Of a stretch of 64,000 nt of DNA, positions 27,155 through 39,400 are shown in pieces (position 1 is the first letter of the stretch; each line of letters opens with the position of its first letter). Source of the DNA: Diadema antillarum. Lineage: Eukaryota. Where the stretch lies: NCBI RefSeq assembly GCF_040938485.1, contig NW_027271785.1:1-64000 (forward strand), written 5' to 3'. Made by a program: the position numbers and the translations under genes. The notes below the pieces were generated by a model that worked only from the letters and a program-made list of their open reading frames with translations, had not been told where the DNA came from and made no database searches.

Positions 27155-27313
27155 CCCTCTAGCCCTCCCTAGACCACGCCCTCTGGTCTTCTCTTGACCA
27201 CACCCTCTGGTCCTCCCTGGACCACACCCTCTGGCCTTCCCTGGACCACACCCTCTGGTCCTCCCTGGACCACGCCCTCTGGTCTTCTCTTGACCACACC
27301 CTCTGGTCTTCCC
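27155..27313. repeat. 24-bp minisatellite (CCCTCTGGTCYTCYCTKGACCACR)n, ~6.5 copies, at the start of the pseudokinase 3' UTR
   Basis: Direct reading; it abuts the TAG stop at 27313-27315. Confidence 0.9.
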
Positions 27314-27445
27314 TAAGTCATCTGATACTTCTGGTAGAGCTGCCATAACTGAAGGGGAGTAATATTCAGAATGTAATCTCTGCATAGAACCCAGTCCAGT
27401 CTGTCCTGTGCTTCACGGCATCCATGCATTCCAGGCATCGGCTTT
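27313..27445 (-). CDS. pseudokinase gene coding exon 9 (terminal; SHED-like C-terminal helices)
   Basis: Acceptor tttttcaatcttcag|, phase 2. Translates KPMPGMHGCREAQDRLDWVLCRDYILNITPLQLWQLYQKYQMT*, similar to the PEAK EDWLCxQYL helix. Confidence 0.8.
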
Positions 27446-30400
27446 CTGAAGATTGAAAAAGATGGGAACCACAAAATCAAACTTTATGTCTTTGATGGTA
27501 TATCTTCATACTTAATGGATAAGCTCAATAGTCTACTTGTTATGTGTGTTTACATGGAGCACACACATTACATTGACCTCTACCATGACAAGGGTCACCT
27601 GGTGGGAGAGCTAGTGGTATAGTTATTCACATGTTTTCTTTGGAATCTCATTCAAATCCTCACATAATTTGACAATTTCATCTCTACAAAGGTAACCCTT
27701 AGCCTTAAACAACAAGCTGGGAAAAAGCAACATATAAAACATTCTATTAGTGTATTATGCAAATTGTTCAAGACAACATAAATACAAACACTCCATCATT
27801 ATTGATTTCTGTAAAATGAGATGATCCTTCCATTTCTCCTATGAGGCAACCCATTTCTCTCTTTCATAAATCCTAACACCTACACTCTCTCTTCCTCCCT
27901 CTGGTAACCAAGGCAACAGGATGACAAAACTTACTCATGCTGGTCTGTTGGAGTAGATAGCAAGAGTCTCATTGCCTGTGAAGTTAGCCACATCTCACAG
28001 TCCAGCTGGCTTTTCATCTCATCCGGATGCGGGCCAAAGAGTAACATAGCAACCCTGGAGGCAGGATGCAAGTGAGAGATTAAATGTGATAATGAGCCCA
28101 TGAAACAAAGCTCAAATACAGAAATACTTTTTCTCTGGACTTTAAGGATTCTGATGATTACTCTTACACTAGTTCTTATCTAAAAACATATTTTTGCAGC
28201 AATACAATTATCTTATAAAAAGAAATTACATTGAATTGGTAACAATGAAAGTCACAGATGATAAAGCAGTAGCATGTACATGTAAGTGAAACTTCACAGT
28301 ATGAACAGAATTCAAAATGTCAACATTCTAATAAATGAATCGATATTGTTTATTATCAGTTATATCCTTTAGCAAATAAATTTGTCAGAACCACCAGGTA
28401 CATATCATCTCAAAGGGGAAGATGTAAGTAAAGCATATCACGTCAGATTTTTTGGATGGATGTGGTGTTTAATAATTGGTAGTCTGTGTGAAGTTGATGA
28501 CAAAGGGTCTTCACTCCACATCTCTCCTTCGTTTCCGTTCCCATGACTACAAGTATCTTTTATGTCTTCCACCTACAATACTGCTGATAGTATTGAATGT
28601 CAGCATGACACATTAGTAGACATGAATGTATTATCATGTCTCCTTCATCCCTATTTCCTCTGTCTCTTGTTTACTTCATATTCTGTCACTTGCTTTCATT
28701 TTCATGCAACACTGAAATATTCAGCTTCCTTCTCTTAAATCTTCTCTTTCCTGTTTTATAATCTCACACTTCTTCTTGTTTTTTTCTCTTTGTTTCTTTT
28801 ACAAACTCCACAGTTTCTTCCACCTGCCGCCCACCACACCAAAATACACAGTGTCTTTGTGTGACACAAGATTTCAATAAAATCAGAGAAACACTCACAC
28901 AATAAAGTGGTAAAGTGAACTTCAGTGGCTGTGTTTTTCTTGTCATTTGGCCACTAAATTTCCCCTTTTTCCTCCCAATCCCAAAAGACGATATGATGTC
29001 ATCTGTATTAACATCATCAGATGCAGTACTAATTATTTTTGTTTGTAGTTATTGTGAAGGGACTTGCTGTGACCCAGTTAATTGCAGTTTCATTTCGTTC
29101 ATTTATTTAAGCATGGCAACAAGATTCAGCCAATGCCTGTAGAAAGTAGTGTGCATTATAAGGTTTTTCTGGCGATCAAATTCTTGTTTGGGTGGAGAAG
29201 AAGTGACAGCCAGAAAGAAGAGCATTTGTCATCTTGTGTGCTGAGATTATTAAACAGTGTCTACCTGAGCAAGGCAGCACGGATTGGTGGTCTTTTCTCC
29301 GGGCTAGGATTCAGCATCTCTTTTAGGAGGGCAGAGAGAGCAGGAGATAGCCAGTCTGGTAGGCGGGACAGAAGCTCACTCGGGTCATCACCAATGGCCT
29401 GCTCTGATTGGCTGCTGGGTGTGACAAGGAGACTGCAGATCGTTGCTGCCACAGCGTACAGATCGGAGCTGGCGTAAACAGCTGACAAAGGAATCTATAA
29501 ATGGGGAGATTTTTTAAAGGAAGTGATCATTGCATGTAAGAGCTACATGCACCTGTCCTGGGTGCTAGCTCACATCAACAGGGGGAAACCACAAGAGGAC
29601 TGGCATCCTTTAATGAGGTGTTTTGACAAAACAGAAAGGCCAATCAGAATTCTTTGCACACATGAAATAATACGTAGCTGTATCTCTGGCTGACTACTGC
29701 AGAATGCAATTTGGGTGTAGATATCACTGGTATGATTGCACTTTTTATTTGAGTTGATGCATGGATAAGGAAGTATAGGCACCTAATCATATTACCAGTC
29801 ATTATTTATTGATGATGACCTTGTTCATCCTGCAGCTGGACTTACACCTAGTTATTGACCACACATCATACTAAGTTTGCCCACATCTAGATATTGCCTA
29901 AATCTCAATATTGCCCAGATCTCAATATTGCCTAGATGCCAATATTGCATGCCCACATCTCAAAACTACTTGTCTCAATGTTTCTCAGCTAAATGTACAC
30001 TATCAAATTTCTATTTATTTTCCATTCTCTCTTTTTCTCAACCTTTCTTTCATCCTCACTTTCTCTCAAAGGTACAATGTACATGTAGTGCTCCTCAATA
30101 AAAAGTAATCCTCGAACCCTGACAAATAATTACCAAAGCAGCTCTCACCAAGCTAAGAATGTACTGTGACAGTAGGTGACAATGCAGTTAACAATTTAGA
30201 CTTTCTAAACTGTGCTGGGCCCTCCATATCAACTAACCCTGTTGCTTTTTCAAACCTTGTGGGAAATTAAAGTATCTTGGAGGCAACTGATTAAGAGAGA
30301 ATGATACCCAAATATATAATCTATAAATATATGTATTTATGTACATGGTAATAGTGGAACAGATTAGTGAATTTGAGGAAAATTGACAATCTGTTCAAAA

Positions 30401-33400
30401 GTTATGAATTTTTAAAGACCTCAACAGTTGGTGACACCACTGCAGGACAACATACACAAAATTTAAAGAAAATTTAACATATTTCTATATTTCTAGTGTG
30501 TTGAAAGAGCATTTGACTTACCCTTTCAGCAAATAAAGAAAAAAAATAATGTTATCCTTGACACATATTGTACATGGGTATATCAGTAACAGTAACAAAA
30601 TGTGTCCTTTTCATTTAAACATTAAATCTTGTTGAATGCTCTTTAATACACTTGTATTTTCTTTCAAAACATTGGCCTGCAGTAATGTCACAACAGTTTT
30701 AGTTTTCTCAACTGGCGTTGGTGGGGCTGAACTTTAAAAAATTCATAACTTTCCAATTGATCGTTCAATCTTACTTGAACTTCACTGATGTGTTCTACTA
30801 ATATTGCTACAGTTATTCAATTCAAATACATATTTGGGTTTCATTAACCTTTAATTCTCTTTCCTTTTCCCTATACATAGTTTTCCCTGTATTCCCCACA
30901 ACCATGCGGTCTGTCTCAAGTTTCATTAGATGTAATATAAGGAAATATTTGTCTAACATTTCACGCCGGGTTTTTCCCTTCTGGTAGAAGGACCTATCTT
31001 TTCTGTCCATTCTGTCAGTTTCCATTTTTATTGCATTCATACATGTATGTACATATATTATTCACAAGGTGCACAAACTTAGAGTTGATTGATGAGGATT
31101 GAATGTTAGAGGTGCAGTACTGATTGATTTTTCCATCTCATACATTAGGTTCTAACTCACTGGGATTGCATCAAGTTTAATACATCATGAAAGAATTTCA
31201 TCCCACCACTCTTTTCCCATGGTTACATTAATTGTCTCTAAAGCTACATTTAACTTGGTGTCTGTATAGGCTTGTCTTTTGCTGTAAATATCATATAGAG
31301 CGGACTTCAACAGAAGAACAAATAGTAAATATGTGCCAATGTGACTCAGGAAAATGGTTTCATACAGGCATCATGTCAAAAAAAATATAATAAATAAAGG
31401 ATGGCCAATATTACTGCATGTCATTCATTATGGCAGCTGAATTGAAAACTGATAGCACTTAAAAAATTCTAATGGATATTGAGTTGTCATACTGGCAACA
31501 TTTGAATGACGTGTCTTAATGAGTATCAGACTCACCCTATGTTCCCAAATCTGGGGTGGTCCATGTATGGTGTGCTTGATTAGCTCAGGGGCCCTTGCTA
31601 AAGGGTTCCCTGCTCCAATTTGGGTGACATCATCAAATGGGCGAGGAGCCCCACCCTGGTCCAACATCAGAGCTGCATGTTCAAATCCACCGAGGGTGAC
31701 ACGCATGTCTGCTCCTACGTGAACATGTCGGGGTTGGATGTCACGATGCGCCACGCCCTGGGCTTGCAGGTGCTGCACCCCTAGGAGCAACTGAAGGAGA
31801 ATGCGCAGGAGGCAAGGTTCCCTCAACAAATCCTGTCCACCCTCCCCCACGACCGAATCAAACAGTTTCCTTATACTGATCTGAAAATCTGGGTACACAC
31901 TGAACACTAGTCTGCAGTCACTGTTCTGCTCTACGTTGATGCGGGCCAGTGTGGCCCTCGTGAGGTGATCATCTGACATTGCACATGTTTCCCATCTGGC
32001 AAGGGGCGGAGTCACATTGCGGTGGGGTGGTAGAGAGCGGAGTACATGAAGACATCTCTCATCACTCCAGACTGATGTATCTCCTTCACCTTGACAAGCA
32101 CTCACTTGGGATACCTAGGAACATATGAAATAAGTCAAAACATTTTTCTATATATTCTGACTGACTAATATTCCCTGTTTCACAATGTAAATGCCATGTT
32201 ACAGTCACACTCATGTGTGCATGAATGTATGGGTGTCACAAAACCAGGCTGAAAAAAAAAAAAAAAAAAAAACTTTCGCTTGTTCATCTTCTGTTGTATC
32301 ATACTGGTGTACCAGAAGCGAAATGAATTAACTCCACTCCATTAATAAGTTCTTTAATAGTTTAGCAAAGAAACAGATTTATTCTTTTTTATGACTGGCT
32401 GAATAAGCCATTTTCAAAATGTTCTTGATTGTGTGGAATGAAGAGATCAACACTCACAGAGGCTTGAGAATTTCACTTTGGAGCAATGATGAAGACAATG
32501 ACATGATTCATTTATACTTTGAATTTTTTACTCATTCCAACTAACTGACGAATTGCCCTACATCGACTTAAATAGACACTGAATTGATCAGTGTTTTAGT
32601 AGTAGCCATGACAAAAGAAGTTGTGGCCATATGTACTCCAGTAGGATTCAAAGCTACAACCTCCTGATTGCCAAACAGGCGTCTTTTCCACTAGACCACC
32701 GAGCTTCCGCCCGACAGCCTGTGCAGGTTCTTGCAGTGAGTACTGCATGCTTACCTCGACATCAGGCAATTTGTCTATCAGTTGCAATAAAATAGAATGG
32801 GAAAATTCACATTTTTGGACATTCAAAGCAAATTTTTCAAGTGGTGTTAAACCCCACTACCACTCTTTCCTTTTGCTAAAATTACCTAATTTTTTGTCAC
32901 CTGAGCAACATCACTCTCCACACTCCCCCCCCCCCCCCATTTTGGAACCCAAAGTTTCAGCTACTGCAAAACGAGGAATGTTCATGTGAATTTTAATTTT
33001 GCAAATTTCGCAAGAGCCAAGATTCACGAAATTAAAATTAAAATTTTTGTCTACACTATATGCATTGAATGTTAGAGGCAACTTGCGAAAATTTCCTGCT
33101 ACGAAAGAGGCCGTCGGTTCCAATTCGCGAAAATTTCATGCCGCGAAAATATCGTGTTTTACAGTAACATTTGCCAAATCATTCTGTCCTTGTCTGATCA
33201 ATATGTACCAGCACAATATTCAAGTCGAAGGGAATTGTGCATAGCATGGATTTCTTACCTCCAGGATGCGTCGTCTGCCAGACAGCGTACATCTAAATGT
33301 AGCAAACAGCTCATCATCTCTTCCCTCACACCGATGGATCCTCTCCTTTAGACAAATGTTGTCCTTTGCATCAGAAATGCTAACATCCAACGGGTACCAC

Positions 33401-36400
33401 TCGCTTGTGTCCATATCACGCAAAGACTCCATGGCAACACTATGCATGTTCATCACTGAATCCTTTGATCCGGGAGAAGATACATTGCCCACAGTGGCCT
33501 GCATAAATTGTAAGACTTGTGAGGGCGTCCTACTTGTATTGCATCTACTCAAGGAGTGCCAGCACTCCGAAGCGAAGCTTGATACTTTGGAACTTGGAGA
33601 AAGTTTGCTGTTAGAAGAAGAATTGGTCAGGAAGTGACTGTCTCTTCCCAGCGATGATTGTAAAGGGGAATGTCTGTCATTAGCCGATACGTGATCGGAA
33701 GGTGATGATTTTGACTCGTGCATACTGCCAGTAGAGGGAGCTCTCACTGAAACTTCTGAAGTGGTTGTCTCCAACCCTTGAATGTCACCGTTCACCTTTT
33801 GAACCACAGCTGTCTCATCCTCTTCCACAATGGTTTGACCTTGAGAGAGAGAAATGACCTGGGACTGTAGTTTGTGGTTGTCAGCCGCAAGGTCTCGGCA
33901 GGTTGCTTCCAGGAGCAGAATTCTCTGGTTGGCTTTTACGTCCAGCACAGTCGAGCCTCGCATCGTTCTATCTCCACATGACGTACAGCTTTGTTCTTGA
34001 CACGAGCTGTTGCTGCTGCTACTCCCCTCGGTGGTCATGGACAAATCCACGAGAGACTCGAGTGACTGAATTGTTTCCCGTAGATTTTGGTTTTCATTCA
34101 GGAGGGAAATCTTGTCCTTTTCAAGGTCTTCGATGATATTCAGCAACCTGTCGATTTCTGGAAAGGAGTCTGATTTGACACCGGGTCCATCGCATAGTTT
34201 CAAACACACATCACCATTGGTATTAGAGATCGTCGAACTTGATGCACAGGTCTGCCGTCCGTCTTTCGGTGACTGGAAAGAGCTGAATGACTGAGGCTTT
34301 GTTTCTCGGTCAAGTCTTTTACACTGATGATGACCACTGTGTCCATCAGCCTTACCAGAGGTCTCCTTTGGTCTGTTTTGAGTCTCTCCCTCCCTGTTGA
34401 CCGGTGGCTGCCGTAGGATGACGTGTGCAGGAGCTATTGGTGCCGTCTGAGCAACCAAATTTCTAGAAATAGCTGGAGGACTGTTCCGCCTCTTGGTCAA
34501 ATTGCCTGGATAATGATAATTAAAATTCTGGGAGATCCCCTGCAAGATTGGTGGTGATACCCTACCAAGGGTGGGGTATTGAACGAGTGGGCTGCTTGGG
34601 GACCTCCTGCCCTTGAAGTTAGCATCCCCAGCCTGGTTGGGGGGTGATAATCTCCCAACAGTCTGGAGTAGATTCGTTGAGTGACTTTTCACCAGCTCAC
34701 TATCATGCCTGTAAGATCATGAAATAAGTGGTGAAAATGATTCTTTGTTATGCTCTTAATACCGAAAACAATCATTTTACCATAAAATGTTTTAGGCTCT
34801 TCCTAAGCTTACATTTCACAAGCACCTGTAAATTNNNNNNNNNNNNNNNNNNNNNNNNNNNNNNNNNNNNNNNNNNNNNNNNNNNNNNNNNNNNNNNNNN
34901 NNNNNNNNNNNNNNNNNNNNNNNNNNNNNNNNNNNNNNNNNNNNNNNNNNNNNNNNNNNNNNNNNNNNNNNNNNNNNNNNNNNNNNNNNNNNNNNNNNNN
35001 NNNNNNNNNNNNNNNNNNNNNNNNNNNNNNNNNNNNNNNNNNNNNNNNNNNNNNNNNNNNNNNNNNNNNNNNNNNNNNNNNNNNNNNNNNNNNNNNNNNN
35101 NNNNNNNNNNNNNNNNNNNNNNNNNNNNNNNNNNNNNNNNNNNNNNNNNNNNNNNNNNNNNNNNNNNNNNTCTGGGTGCATGTGTGAGTGTGTAAGGGGA
35201 AGGGTCCTACTTTTATGGTGTCGGCTTGCAATAATCCCTCAGTAAAACAAGAGACATAATTTTATGCTCACAGTACGTCTGAAAACTGTAGAACTACCGT
35301 AAAACCAGGAACATGTGTGACATGAAACTTTCACAAATGGCAGCCGATGATCTTTTTGAAACTTTAATGAAACATGAAACGATTGGTCACTGGCATTCAA
35401 TACCTCACGTAGACAAAATCTTTTGTGTGCATGCTACTTTTGCAAATGTTTCATGCACGCAAAAATTTCCCATTTTACACTAAAGAATGTGAACAAATTG
35501 TCATACTGGGCCCTCCATATGCAAAGTCAGTAGTCCTGGACTGACTTCTTTTGGCTGACTGTGAATGTATTAAAGATGAAGCCCTGATCAGCAATACAAT
35601 AATAATGGCATTTGAGAGTGGACTCAATGTAACAGAAAAGTGAGAATAGCTATACAGAATTACTAATTCACTTTGAATAATCAAAATGAATGTACAAGAA
35701 CATACTAATTTTTACAAAAGTTTTAATCTTCTGATAATTTGCGCACTACATACTCTAAAACTGAAAATGCATGGTCACGTAATAGTAAGTTGTCTTAACA
35801 AGATGATTAAAAAGGTGGGGGGGGGGAATAGTTAAGGGATTGTTGGCGATATTGCATTATATGAGTGGCTCCTACAGAAAATTTAAGTTAATGGTATGAG
35901 TTACTCATTTCAAAGTGCTTCAACTGTTCTAAAGTTCTACATTGAGTGACAGATGAGGACTTAAGTCAAACCCAAAGAGATTTTTCTCCTCATCACCACT
36001 AGAGGGCAAACTATACAATTGTGTCTGAGATTTCATGGAGGCTGCCATTACTGAATTAGAAATGGCAGACTTTGCGTGCTAAAGTAACATTTTTACAGTG
36101 CATATTTGAACTTTTATGCGAGTATGCACTTCTTGATTTGGCTGATCTTCAGTTGCTCACATGCTAGCCCGTTAGCATGAGGGGTGAGCCTACAGCCGCA
36201 CATCTCTCAGCGCTCCCTGTGTGCTCACAAAGCAATTGTACAGGGTGTATGCATACTTTGCACTCTAGTACCTACTCGTTATAAGCTCTTTGGTCAAACC
36301 TCAGTGTTTGAAATGCAAAATCAGGGACTTAACATCCTTCTTCATTACCAAATCAAGCCCATCGCATGACTCATTTTGTATCATTCACTCCTATGCCAGT

Positions 36401-39400
36401 CATGATCTACTAGTACCAGGTATAATTATATCCAGTCATCTATCTCGTCACCTACTCTCAGAGGAACGAACCTAACCTGTGGACGGGAGAGGAGCAGTCA
36501 TTGTTCATGATCTGGCTCTGGCGCAGGAGTTGTCGTCGTAGACTGCCTCGCGGGCGGTTGCCTGATAACAGTGACTCATCACTCTCACTTGGTATCCTAG
36601 CAACGTTCTGGTAGGACAAGGGCAGGGAGGAGCTTCGGTATACTGCTGAGAAGAGAAACACCCAGGATGAGGTCAAGAATACAAATTTGGATGCTGCACT
36701 TCAAAATGACAAACTGAAAAACCAGACACATTCAAAATTTTCTCGAATCGAAGCCGATGGCCTTTATCTCACATGAAAATTTTGCACATTGCCGAACAAG
36801 AATGTGTTACTTTACATTGTCATGGATGGATGTTGTAAACACAACACTGTATGATTTGTGTGGAAACTTCATAAATGAAATGAAATGAAAATGAAAAATG
36901 ACAAATTTACAACTACACTGTATACGACATGCACATGTACTAGTAATACAGGGACGTGTTGAACACACACTGCTTGCTGGTTGATATAAAACACATAACA
37001 ATCTAAATGCACACTACTTAAACATACATAGTTTAAAAAAAACAACAACAAATGTGCACAACCAGGATGTGTACAAGTAGTTGACTTTGGAAGCACTCAG
37101 CATGACCTGAACTGTAATGTGCCCATGTGCATGCATACTAGATTAATTTGATCAATTACTTGGGAGGGGTAAAGTGTTCATTCCTCCTGAGCTTATATTA
37201 ATATCTAACACAAACTTCTGCATGCATTTTACTTTTTCTGAATCTTGGGTCCAAGCAAATTCGCAAGTGCATCCTAAAATTTCCGGTTTTACAGTATGCA
37301 AGTGAACTGTTCAGTACTTCTTAAGCTGCCATGTTAGACAAAAAATAGAGTTAAGATATTGTTATTATCATTTTATTATTTGCACTTTTATTAATGCCAC
37401 TCTCCAACCTCACTTTACATTAAAATCCAAGAGAAACATGGATGAGAATCACCTCTTTTTCAAGCTGAAAGTAAAACAGAAATCATAAAGACAGCTTATT
37501 GAAATAGAACTAGTGGGAGAAGTGTTACTGATGAGAATGAGTAGAACTACAGATGATATCATTTCTACAGGATTTCACTACTATGATGTCTAAAAAAATC
37601 ATTAAATATAGTTTCCTGTGGACTATCAAAATGAATATGTATGCTTACAATGTCAAATTTCGTGTCATCACTCACAAAGATGAGAAATTCTGGAGACTAA
37701 AGATTTAATGAAAGTATTGACATCGGCCATGTATGTATGACAAGTAAGAGCTGTACATTCTTGATTTTTAATGATTATTTCTTAATTTTATTTCTAACAT
37801 CTGTGAGAAAAGCAGAATCTACAAATCCAACCACAACCACAAATGTCAGATGCTATACATAGACTAAAGGCCATGTGGGTATTTGCACAGTAGAGGGGTT
37901 GCTATGGTAACAAGATGAGGACAAACACCTCTCTGATTGGTCTCTGGAGCCAGAAGCTTGGTGATGGCGGTGTGTCCCTCTCCCTCAGCCTCCTGCTGGG
38001 GTGTCTTGCCATTGTTGTTGAGGATGCCTGTCTGGGCGTGGTAGGAGAGGAGAAGCTGGCACAGGTGGATGGAACCCCGGAAGGCTGCCAGATGGAGGGG
38101 TGTGTCCCCCTTCTCACTCTGAACATTAACATTGGCCCCCCTGAAGGTGGAGAAAATTATAAATACATCATTTTATTCCTGTGGCACCATCTGGTATCAC
38201 ATGCTTTGTTCAGAACATTTTCCAGATATCATGAGTGACTCTTTCAACATGTTGAAAAGTACGAAAATTGAATGCAAGTTAATGCTTCTTCATGTATCTC
38301 TACTATTGTCTATCAGTAGCAAGATTACAAGGAAACCAAAGCCCAAATACAAATGTGGATTGACTGAAAGCAGCACTGTTAGTAAAACAAGTCAGTGAAA
38401 GTTTGAGGAAAATCAGACAAACAATTCAAAAGTTATAGGTTTTGGTGCCAATATCGTTGGATCAGGAGACTACTTCACTTCATAATATGAAGATAAACAA
38501 CAATATGAAGTAAATACAAGGGGAATTCCACAAAATTTCATTTTTCATGAAAAATATACATTCCATTGACTCGTTATTGACATATAGTAAGGTAATATTA
38601 TTTTCCCTGCTTTTTGAAAGAGGTAAGTCAAGTGCTCTTCCATTGTGCTACAGAACTGAAAACATGTTGACTTTTTTAAAAAATCAGCTAGGTTGACATA
38701 TACTGTAAAAGTTGTTATTTTCGCAACGGTTTAATTTTTTACTAATTTCATGAATCACTGTTGGGCTGCAGATTTAACAACATGCAAAATATCACAAATG
38801 GACAGGCACTTACGATAGCCTTGTTGTCAAATCGTGAAAAACAACATCACACAAAAACATATCTGTGACCTCCTATATCAAGAAAAAATCTGAATGCGCA
38901 AATAACATCTTTTACAATACTGCATGCTTAGGCATGATGGACTATCAGCCCCTGTGCCAAAACAATGAGCCCTAACATGAAGAAAGAAGCAATTTAACTG
39001 CCAGTAAGTCAACTAAAATGACATTCATTGGAATACCACAATAAAAAACTCATGACCACATGACAGTCATGTCATAAACAACATCCTCCTTAGTTGTTAC
39101 AAAATGACAATACTCCTGATATTATCTTACGAGATCTGTACGAGGTATATCAAGGACATTTATATATGTGACCCTGCACCTCAAAACAAACAAAAAGTCG
39201 CCAGACATGAATTTTCAATTAAGACCATATTCTGAAAGAGCAGACTTTAAGCTTTAAAATGATGCATAACTCAAATCAAATGGACTCTCCTAACCTATCT
39301 AAATATTGGAAAGAAAGCCCAAACTCAGGAAAAGTGTGAACTGAGAAAAGAGGCTCTGAAGTACAGAGACTATTCAAGCGCTTAATCTTTACCGAACCGT

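Noticed and set aside
27080-27385. 101-aa Gly/Arg/Cys-repeat ORF as an alternative last exon
   Set aside because: That frame is closed by an upstream TGA, and no alternative acceptor enters it in the required phase 2.
29482-29488. Alternative acceptor ttgtcag| for pseudokinase exon 7
   Set aside because: It gives phase 1, incompatible with the phase-0 donor at 31536; the acceptor at 29495 fits.
32630-32705. tRNA gene
   Set aside because: The B-box is mutated and there is no acceptor stem or cloverleaf; treated as a SINE head.
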